From a virus (lineage: Duplodnaviria > Caudoviricetes): DNA of 24,020 bases. Within the stretch, counting starts at the first letter, position 1; every line of letters starts with the position of its first letter. Made by a program: the position numbers and the translations under genes. Below, in pieces: positions 7,910 through 14,792 of the stretch. Location: the IMG/VR virus record IMGVR_UViG_3300010222_000017, positions 1 to 24,020 of that record. One strand, given 5' to 3'. The notes beneath the pieces were generated by a model that worked only from the letters and a program-made list of their open reading frames with translations, was not told where the DNA came from and did no database searches.

Positions 7910-7938
7910 GCCCTCGGCCTGTCGGTCGGGGGCTTTTC
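7910..7938 (+). terminator. Intrinsic terminator of the plus-strand island
   Basis: GCCCTCGGCC-TGTC-GGTCGGGGGC-TTTTC (10-bp stem including G-U pairs). Confidence 0.7.
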
Positions 7939-7960
7939 TACTGCGGCGTGGGACCGGAGT

Positions 7961-7977
7961 GTATAATGCTATTATAC
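7961..7977. promoter_or_regulatory. Perfect palindrome GTATAAT-GCT-ATTATAC between convergent terminators
   Basis: 7-bp perfect arms with a 3-bp spacer. Confidence 0.45.
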
Positions 7978-8014
7978 GGACGTTGGCCCCAAGGCGAAAC
8001 TGTAGTCCAATACG

Positions 8015-8045
8015 AAAAGCCGCCCGCCCTGATAGGCGAGACGGC
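8015..8045 (-). terminator. Intrinsic terminator of the repressor-strand cassette
   Basis: Minus strand GCCGTCTCGCCT-ATC-AGGGCGGGCGGC-TTTT. Confidence 0.55.
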
Positions 8046-8129
8046 CCTTCGTGGAAGATAGAACACCCCGCCATTTGAGGCGGAATGCGCTGGTTACAGT
8101 TCATCCAAGGACAAACTGATAGTCAATCT

Positions 8130-8315
8130 CTACGCAACCGGATAGGTTACTCCCTTAAGCTTTTCCGCCAAAGATTTTCGACCGTTCGTCTTTGTCGCCA
8201 TTTCCTCCGACGTTAAGGGTTGATAACGTTGAGCCTTCTCAGGATCATCGTTCACCTCAACATTGCTGGAGCTGTCGGGGACGTGAATCGTAACGCTGGC
8301 TGACTGATCACTCAT
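8130..8315 (-). CDS. Small hypothetical protein (61 aa) downstream of the protease
   Basis: MSDQSASVTIHVPDSSSNVEVNDDPEKAQRY...; ATG 40 nt after the protease stop; followed by a terminator. Confidence 0.5.
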   Translation of the reverse strand: MSDQSASVTIHVPDSSSNVEVNDDPEKAQRYQPLTSEEMATKTNGRKSLAEKLKGVTYPVA

Positions 8316-8355
8316 GGCTCTAGAGGGCTGGTTTAAGTGAGAGAGTAGAGGCATT

Positions 8356-9255
8356 CTAATCGCTTTGCGCGAGACTGTAACCAATCCCTTCCTCCTCCAA
8401 TGCACTGATTAGCGTTTCAGGATGGACACCTCGACCCACATGAAGAAAGGCGTTTTCAGTCGTTCTTCGCTTTCCTCCATGCTGAATCTCTTCATCAAAT
8501 CCCAGGGGATAGTGCCGCGTACTGCTTTGTATTCCCCAGATGTTTCCTTCAGTGTCAAAAATCGGCCCACCGCTCTGTCCGTTGAGTCCGGGCCGTGAAG
8601 TTTCTATAAACTTCACGTCAAATGGAGGGCCCGTCGAACTGTCTTGGTCAGGAGTAAGCACATTGCGAGTGTAGATTCCCTCGATAGGGAAGAAGGGAGG
8701 GAATCCTTCGATCTGGAAGCCTCCATTGTCAAAACTTACATTCAAGTCTGCGAAGGGGTATCCGAGCTTGCATAGGCTCGTTCCAATATCAAGGCCCTCT
8801 GAGGGGTCGATGATGTCGGGGTATCTGTCCACACAACCTGACCCAAAGTTTTTTATCTTACCGAAGGCAAGATCAGCATTGGGGAATATCTTCAGTTCGT
8901 CGACCTCCGCATCAGGCCGCCCAAATACATTGTCGAAGTGTGAAACCCATGGATGCGGACGCCCCTGCGCCTCACGCTTCAACTGCTTTATCTTACCCTT
9001 CTGCTGCATCGGCCCTTCTCTAAGATCGTCGAGCTCCTCTTGAAAATTCTGCCAGGCCTGATGAGCTTGCCGAAGACCTTGAAGCGGCTGGATTACATGA
9101 GATGCTGTTACGAACCATCCGTCATCGTTCAATATAACCATCGCTCCAATGCTTGAGTCAACCTCCCAGTCATCCCCGGGGTCTTCTTTCATCCGAACGA
9201 CTATGATAAGCGGGCGGGTGTAAGAGGTGTTGATCTCGTACGCGTCTGCAAACAT
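8356..9255 (-). CDS. Trypsin-like serine protease (S1/Trypsin_2), no signal peptide
   Basis: Catalytic triad motifs VTASHV (His), ADLA (Asp) and GQSGGPIF (Ser); lower GC than flanks. Confidence 0.88.
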   Translation of the reverse strand: MFADAYEINTSYTRPLIIVVRMKEDPGDDWEVDSSIGAMVILNDDGWFVTASHVIQPLQGLRQAHQAWQNFQEELDDLREGPMQQKGKIKQLKREAQGRPHPWVSHFDNVFGRPDAEVDELKIFPNADLAFGKIKNFGSGCVDRYPDIIDPSEGLDIGTSLCKLGYPFADLNVSFDNGGFQIEGFPPFFPIEGIYTRNVLTPDQDSSTGPPFDVKFIETSRPGLNGQSGGPIFDTEGNIWGIQSSTRHYPLGFDEEIQHGGKRRTTENAFLHVGRGVHPETLISALEEEGIGYSLAQSD

Positions 9256-9390
9256 TAGCTCGGTCGCAAGATCGCTGCCTGAGTCAGTTAGAATTATTTT
9301 CCCTTGTCGGATTCACATCACACCTTACTCCAGCGCGGAGCATGGCAAGAATAATGGTATTACACCAGCACCCGTCCTGCAGATTATATT

Positions 9391-10480
9391 TCATTCTTCA
9401 TAGAACTTGACAGTCTTGCGAAGGTGGTCCGCATGGTCGTATATGTCATCTAGCGTCTCGATCTCGACCCGCTCCTCGTTCTTATCCTCATCGAAAAGGC
9501 CAATCCGTTTCGTCTCCGAGTGAAAATGAAAGCGGCAAATCGGCTGCCGGTTCGTGTCGTCCAAAAGCACATTGAAGTAGCTCTTCAGGTCACGTTTAGC
9601 GACGCGGTCTACGCCAACCACCTCCCGCAGGATTGCCTGCACGATCCGGAAGCCTTCCAACTCGTCTTCGAGGGTCACGACTTCGCCGTCAACCCTGACC
9701 ACGCCTTCCGGCAGCTCCTCTTCATCCTCTTCCTCGTCTGACGACGAAAGCTCCTCCGCGGCGCTTGCCTGCTCTTCTCGGAGGGCCGTCGAGAGGCGCC
9801 CGCGAACCTTGTCATGAACGAGCTGCTGAAGTGCGCCCTCGACGATGCCGCGGAACTGGTCGCGGACGTTTTGTGTGATGCGACCGTCATACACCTTGTC
9901 CGTGAGCCAGTGAACGAACTCGTCTTCCGGGCTTTGCCACTGCTCCTGCAGGTACTCCAGAAGCGCCTTCCGGTACTTTAAGTCGTGGGCCGCATCAATC
10001 ATCTCGTCCAAGTCGAACGTCGAATTGCGGAGGTTCTTAAGCTCTTCTACGTCTTGCTCGGTGTACTCAAACAGATCCAGTTCGTGAAAGGGCCGCTCGT
10101 CCATCCGGTTCGACTCTTCTAGGTCGGAGAAGAAGCGGTACTTCACCCCATTGGTGAGAATGCCAAATCGGGCTTCTGTAAATTGGAAATACCGAAAGAG
10201 CTGCTCGGCTTGGCTGATCGAGAGCTCCCGGCCGGCGATTTTGCACTCGATCAGCACGGCTGGCTTGCCGTCCTGCAGGAGAGCGTAGTCGACCTTCTCG
10301 CCCTTTTTCTCAGCGAAGTCAGCAGTAAACTCCGGCACCACCTCTTCCAGATCGTACGGGTCGTACCGCACTGATAAACGGGATGAGGAGGGCGTGCTTG
10401 GTGGATTCTTCGTTCCGTATATGCTCCACCTGGTCCTCCGCGCGACTTGCGACTTGACCGATCTCCTCCGTGAGGTCCAT
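9391..10480 (-). pseudogene. HsdR N-terminal-like PD-(D/E)xK nuclease domain protein (prophage type), frameshifted near 10367
   Basis: N-terminus MDLTEEIGQV...NEESTKHALLIPFISA is in one frame; YDPYDLEEVVPEFTADFAEKKGEKVDYAL...LIECK...QLFRYF...ILTNG is in another. The span is 1090 nt, not a multiple of 3. Confidence 0.82.
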
Positions 10481-10545
10481 AGCGCGTATGCCTTGTAGCT
10501 CTGATTGATAAAAGATTTCGAACCGCCTAAAGCTCGTGCCCAACC

Positions 10546-11343
10546 TCAAGGGCTTTTCAGTTGACTTGATTTCACTTCTCCTCCGGCCATTGACCGGATG
10601 ATCTCCGCGACTTGCTTAACGTGCAGTGTGTCCGTCTCCCGGCGGGGGAAAATTACTGACCCGACCGGACGAAGGTCTACCGGTCGACCAGTTTCCTGAT
10701 TAACCAGCTCGGTGTTGTCGTCTGTGGGAACCAGTGTGTAGTTCGGATAGCTGCCGTATTTGTTGTCACTGATAATTTTGTACCCACCACCTGGTATCCT
10801 CTCAACGCGCTTCACGCTGAGGCCGCCGTCGATGAGCATCACGTATACGCCGCCACTACGCACTTCCTCCACCGGCTTATAGAGTACCAAGTCGTCCTCT
10901 TGGATTGTCGGACGCATGGAGTCCCCCTCAACCATGTGAATGCCTACTTTCGATGGCACACTAAACCCGATCAGACTGCTGATAAAGTGCCTCGGCACTT
11001 CAACAGTCCGTTGGGCCTCGTCTGGGTATACGACTCGTCCCTCGCCAGCAACAGCCTTCACATCGGTGTAGACGGTAAGGGTTGTCTGGTCGTTCAGGAG
11101 CGGAATCGAACCGGAATCGTCTTGGTCCTGCAAGTCGGTCCCCTCCTTCTCTGTATCTACGTTCTCAGGGAGGTAGTACGGACCGTTTTTCTTAGGTTGC
11201 GCGAGGTCATCGCCCTTCAGAAGGTCACGCATCTCATTTCTGACTGAGCCACGGTTCTCTTCAATAGCATCTGCGATAGCCTTTGGTGAGGAAGGACCAT
11301 TGCCTTGTCTAAAATAGGTCAATATCTGCTCTTGAATAGACAC
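10546..11343 (-). CDS. Phage repressor: winged-HTH plus S24 autopeptidase (CI/LexA-like)
   Basis: N-terminal wHTH (SPKAIADAIEENRGSVRNEMRDL), A-G cleavage site (AVAG), catalytic Ser (GDSM) and Lys (VKR); divergent from the early operon. Confidence 0.88.
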   Translation of the reverse strand: MSIQEQILTYFRQGNGPSSPKAIADAIEENRGSVRNEMRDLLKGDDLAQPKKNGPYYLPENVDTEKEGTDLQDQDDSGSIPLLNDQTTLTVYTDVKAVAGEGRVVYPDEAQRTVEVPRHFISSLIGFSVPSKVGIHMVEGDSMRPTIQEDDLVLYKPVEEVRSGGVYVMLIDGGLSVKRVERIPGGGYKIISDNKYGSYPNYTLVPTDDNTELVNQETGRPVDLRPVGSVIFPRRETDTLHVKQVAEIIRSMAGGEVKSSQLKSP

Positions 11344-11476
11344 GTCGGTGTAGATACTGTATATACTTACAGCGCTGATTCACAATTGCTTTACTAAAAC
11401 GTAGCTACAACCCGAAACAGAAGTAGCTACTGTAGGTGCAACGTACCGCAACGACGCTAACAACCTACACAGTCAG
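11344..11476. promoter_or_regulatory. Immunity (switch) region with operator-like palindromes
   Basis: AT-rich divergent intergenic region. CTGT-N8-ACAG at 11357-11372; GTAGCTAC at 11401-11408 and 11423-11430; TGTAGGT/ACCTACA at 11431-11437 and 11463-11469. Confidence 0.7.
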
Positions 11477-11650
11477 ATGCCTAACCGCAAGCAAACCGTC
11501 GGCGGTCGCGTGGAGCCGAAGAAGCGAGAGTGGATCGAGCGCGAGGCAGAAGAGCGCGATCGAACCATCTCTTATATCGTCAACGAGCTGATCACGGAGA
11601 GCATCGAGCGCCGCGAGCGGGATCGCGAGGAGGAGGCCATCCCCGCGTAG
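11477..11650 (+). CDS. Ribbon-helix-helix (Arc/CopG-like) protein in the cro position (57 aa)
   Basis: Below the ORF-track cutoff; translated by hand: MPNRKQTVGGRVEPKKREWIEREAEERDRTISYIVNELITESIERRERDREEEAIPA (beta strand, helix, RTIS turn, helix). Confidence 0.8.
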   Translation: MPNRKQTVGGRVEPKKREWIEREAEERDRTISYIVNELITESIERRERDREEEAIPA

Positions 11651-11697
11651 CCACTCCCCACACGCTCGCCGCTGCCCTCCTGTTGCTCAGACCCGAC

Positions 11698-12174
11698 ATG
11701 GCATTTTCTGACCGCAACCCCATCGATATCTGGCGCGACGCCTACCAGCGCCTCTGGCACGACCTCGAAGATGAAGGTCGCAGCCCACGGCACGTAATTT
11801 CCGGATGGGCGGACATCAAGCCCTCCACCGCCGGGGCGTGGAAGCGGGGCGACTGCACGCCGCAGTGGGCGAAAATCCTGCGCCTCTCGCGGGCGGCCTG
11901 CGCGGAGGACTACACGCACCTCTCCACGCTCTTTGTGGACGAGACGCACATGATCGCCAAGCGGGAGCGGGCGGCGATCGTCACGGGCACGCTGCACGAC
12001 AATATCCGCGACCTCGACCAGGTAGAGAGTGTCTTGTGGGAGGTGCAAGAGACTGGAGACGTAGAGCAGGGGCGCAAGGCCGTGAAGGAGCTGCGTGAGG
12101 AGCTTACTGAGTTGGAGGCGGAGCTGGACCGGATGGAGTCGAAGACCACCTGTACCAACGGACAAACTGCCTGA
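11698..12174 (+). CDS. HTH regulatory protein, CII-like by position (158 aa)
   Basis: HTH-like ISGWADIKPSTAGAWKRGDCTP plus a C-terminal coiled coil; second gene of the early operon. Start reassigned to ATG 11698. Confidence 0.6.
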   Translation: MAFSDRNPIDIWRDAYQRLWHDLEDEGRSPRHVISGWADIKPSTAGAWKRGDCTPQWAKILRLSRAACAEDYTHLSTLFVDETHMIAKRERAAIVTGTLHDNIRDLDQVESVLWEVQETGDVEQGRKAVKELREELTELEAELDRMESKTTCTNGQTA

Positions 12175-12245
12175 CATCACCCCGCCTGGAGGGGCGAATA
12201 TCCAGGATCACCTCCTTGCCCCGCTGCCCTAACAGCGGGGCACAC

Positions 12246-12325
12246 GGCCACATAGCTCAAGGGCAGAGCACCCGGTGTCCTAGGGGTCACCGGTTGGTTG
12301 CGGGTTCGAGTCCCGCCGTTGGCCG
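12246..12325 (+). tRNA. tRNA-like gene with aberrant, expanded anticodon arm; isotype undetermined
   Basis: GGCCACA-TA-GCTC AAGGGCA GAGC (D arm), CCGGTG TCCTAGGGGT CACCGG, GCGGG TTCGAGT CCCGC (perfect T arm), CGTTGGCC-G. Acceptor stem has a bulge and a mismatch; no encoded CCA. Confidence 0.7.
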
Positions 12326-12522
12326 CTACCTTCAAAGAAAGCGCCGAAGGCATCCACAAGCCCCTTGTACTACAATCACAACCGGTTTTTTCAAGAGTTC
12401 GCTGGGGACCAGAGACCCCAAGAATTTGCCACGACGAGGTTTGTTGGAAGAGCACAGCGCGTTTTTCCAAACCTACAATTTTGCCTCTGTAGGGCTCCTA
12501 TCACCGCACACACCACTCAGTC

Positions 12523-12714
12523 ATGCTAAAGTCTGACGCTTACACCAAGACTGGCGCCGCAAGACATACGGGAGACATCACCCGCCGATACGAGAGCTCA
12601 ATCACAGGGGGTTACACCGCAAAGCCACACCCGGACCGCACGGAGGACGACCGGCGGCGACTCAAGATCAAGCGCATGAAGGCCAAGATGCAGAACACCC
12701 CGAAAATCGGATAG
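12523..12714 (+). CDS. Small basic hypothetical protein (63 aa)
   Basis: ATG-initiated ORF on the operon strand, followed by RNA motif copy B. Confidence 0.5.
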   Translation: MLKSDAYTKTGAARHTGDITRRYESSITGGYTAKPHPDRTEDDRRRLKIKRMKAKMQNTPKIG

Positions 12715-12726
12715 CATCGGGACACA

Positions 12727-12769
12727 CGGCCACCTTGGACGCGTCGCAGATCGTGCCTGCGAGTGGCCG
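12727..12769 (+). ncRNA. Structured intergenic RNA motif, copy B
   Basis: CGGCCAC-CTTGGACGCG-TCGCAG-ATCGTGC-CTGCGA-GTGGCCG; seven compensatory pair changes versus copy A. Confidence 0.75.
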
Positions 12770-12827
12770 CGAATTTCACTAGAGATGATCACCGACCAGC
12801 GCCCTGGGGCACGGAGCGGAAGCTACG

Positions 12828-12865
12828 AAAAAAGCCCCGTCCGGTGGCCGCCGGACGAGGCGTTT
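12828..12865. terminator. GC-rich hairpin preceded by an A-tract (terminator-like, stronger on the minus strand)
   Basis: AAAAAA-GCCCCGTCCGG-TGGCCG-CCGGACGAGGC-GTTT. Confidence 0.45.
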
Positions 12866-12888
12866 GGTCAAAAAACCAAACCAACGCT

Positions 12889-13287
12889 ATGTCAAATACC
12901 GAGCCACGACAAGGTTCCTACGGGATGCGATTTGCGCGAATGGGAGGACAGATAATCGCTTTTTCTCGCGTCCGGAAGCATATCGGCGGTGAGGGGCGAG
13001 GCAAACATCACCGCATCCGCCTGTTTTCGACGCGCGAGCGCCCAATGGCCGACCTTAAGCCGTCGTCGTTTCAGTCCATGGTAGAGGATGGCCTGATCCG
13101 CCGACTCCAGCTTCCACAGAGCCTGAAGTCACATGCAGAGGACCTCTCAGGCAAGATCGGAGATGTGTACACGCCGCAGGAGGCCTTGGCCCTGCTCCAA
13201 CAGAAGCTGCAAGATCACGCCACGACCCTCGAAACCGACATTGCAACGAGCCCGGCGCCGGTCGGGGAGGGCACCACACATGGCTGA
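12889..13287 (+). CDS. Hypothetical protein (132 aa)
   Basis: ATG after an A/C-rich leader; stop overlaps the next gene. Confidence 0.6.
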   Translation: MSNTEPRQGSYGMRFARMGGQIIAFSRVRKHIGGEGRGKHHRIRLFSTRERPMADLKPSSFQSMVEDGLIRRLQLPQSLKSHAEDLSGKIGDVYTPQEALALLQQKLQDHATTLETDIATSPAPVGEGTTHG

Positions 13288-13540
13288 CGTCGGCAAGAGC
13301 ACACGCGTGACCAACAAGGACCTCCCCGATCCCTGCAGCGAAAAGCGCGAGCTGCGGCGCATGGTGCAGGCAGTTGAAAAGCGTCGGGACCTCTTTGAGA
13401 AACGGCTTCAAGCCCTGGAAACCCCTGAAGAGACTCTCGCTGAGGGTTTGACCGAGCGAGAGAAGGGGTTCAGGTCCGCGTTGCGCTTCTGCCTGAATAA
13501 GATCAATGACGCCCTTGACGGCAGAGGTGATAAATCATGA
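13280..13540 (+). CDS. Hypothetical coiled-coil protein (86 aa)
   Basis: GGGGAGG SD upstream; overlaps both neighbours. Confidence 0.65.
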   Translation: MADVGKSTRVTNKDLPDPCSEKRELRRMVQAVEKRRDLFEKRLQALETPEETLAEGLTEREKGFRSALRFCLNKINDALDGRGDKS

Positions 13541-14082
13541 ACTGGAAAGTCCCAAAAGACATGGTTGATCAGAAAGAGCGCATCCGCGAGCTAGAGCAGG
13601 AGGTGGATCGGCTTTACGAACGGATTTGCACGCTGAAAGACGGCCTTTGGTACATCCGAAGCCAAATGGACTCCGGTGGTGGCACGGACGCTTTTTGGGC
13701 AGACAAACACCTCCGCAGGCTCGTCACCGAGACCGTCTCTGGAATCTTCAGCCGTGACAAAGACACCCTGTCTGAAATCTACGAAAGACTTGAGCACCCG
13801 ATAATGTCACGAGACGCCTTCGACAGCGGAAGCAATGGCAATGAGCCTGAAGACATCAAGGGCATCGTCGGCTTCTCCAACGGCGAGTATCACCTTGCAA
13901 ATGCGGAAATGCAGCCGATGTGTTCAGCTGCGGATGTGACTGTGCAGCAGTAGCGGTGGGCAAAGATGTATGATCCGGGTCGCTCAGATCAAGACCACGA
14001 GGAGGTTCGAAATCGCCTCACCTGCGAAGAGTGCAAAGCCATGCAGTCAAGCGCCCTCGACGGCGGAGGTGATGGCTCATGA
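13537..14082 (+). pseudogene. Hypothetical protein with a C-terminal H-C-CxxC Zn finger, interrupted by in-frame TAG (13951-13953)
   Basis: The frame continues past TAG: YHLANAEMQPMC...QQ*RWAKMYDP...LTCEECKAMQSSALDGGGDGS, ending at a TGA that overlaps the next ATG. Confidence 0.6.
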
Positions 14083-14243
14083 TCCGACGCCTCACCCTCG
14101 GTCGCTAGTCCGACATGCGCCCGGGTCACCTCCGGCGAAGACTTGAGGCCGCGGAGGTGATCGGCCTCACGTCAAGTCTCGCAGCTAAAGCCTACCTGCA
14201 TGTCACCCTCACCGACACCCTAGAAGACCATGCCTCAAGCTAA
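14079..14243 (+). pseudogene. Small ORF with in-frame TAG at codon 10 (14106-14108)
   Basis: GGAGGTGA SD and ATGA coupling: MIRRLTLGR*SDMRPGHLRRRLEAAEVIG...EDHASS; end overlaps the next start. Confidence 0.45.
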
Positions 14244-14676
14244 ACCTAAAGAGCGTCCCGGCGCGGACGTCGATGAAATCTATCGCCGCACGGCCTATGA
14301 GCCTGTGAGCGTTGACTGGACGGGCAAGATCGGCCCATATGTCTACCGCGCCTGGCGCGTCACCAACATGTGCCTTTCACCCTTTGTGCGGGCGGTGGTG
14401 ATGAAAGAGGGCAAGCCGGTTCGTGCCCGTCGCCACGTCGGCCCTACGACTAGCTCAGTGTACCACGAGCAACCCAGCATCGAGGCGTTGCGTCTCTATC
14501 TCCTCGGCAAGGTCCGGCGCAGGCGCGTCCCGCAGGACAATAGCATTCCCAGCCACCCGTGTTGGAAAAAACGCTTGCAGCGGCGGCGTGAGAGGCGTGA
14601 GAAGGAGCGCGGGTGCTACGACGTGAGGACCGAGCGGGCCAATGGAAAAACGCGCAACCGCCTCGTGCACAACTGA
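14230..14676 (+). CDS. Basic hypothetical protein (148 aa)
   Basis: ATG-initiated ORF on the operon strand. Confidence 0.6.
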   Translation: MPQAKPKERPGADVDEIYRRTAYEPVSVDWTGKIGPYVYRAWRVTNMCLSPFVRAVVMKEGKPVRARRHVGPTTSSVYHEQPSIEALRLYLLGKVRRRRVPQDNSIPSHPCWKKRLQRRRERREKERGCYDVRTERANGKTRNRLVHN

Positions 14677-14792
14677 CTGAGCCCTGAAGAGCGGCGAGAG
14701 AGACCGCGAAACGCCTGCGACAATGGCCCCCAGCCGAAGGTGCAGGCGTCGGCATTCACCCTCGTTCTTGATCACAAACACGCTTTTCAGCC

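Noticed and set aside
7955-7982. Canonical Xer dif site
   Set aside because: The ATAA-to-TTAT spacing is 5 bp rather than 6, and the XerD arm TTATGTTAAAT is absent; kept only as an unexplained palindrome.
9391-10480. Type I restriction-modification system
   Set aside because: Only the HsdR N-terminal-like nuclease domain is present; no helicase motor, hsdM or hsdS.
11530-11697. N-terminal extension of the 214-aa ORF
   Set aside because: It overlaps the better-supported RHH gene in another frame; ATG 11698 is the likelier start.
12246-12325. tRNA fragment as an att site marking a prophage end
   Set aside because: It is a full-length cloverleaf-like sequence inside the early operon, with phage genes on both sides and no adjacent integrase.
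7130-12769. CRISPR array or DNA repeat explanation for the recurring motif
   Set aside because: Copies are dispersed, stems differ in sequence, there is no repeat-spacer periodicity and no cas genes.
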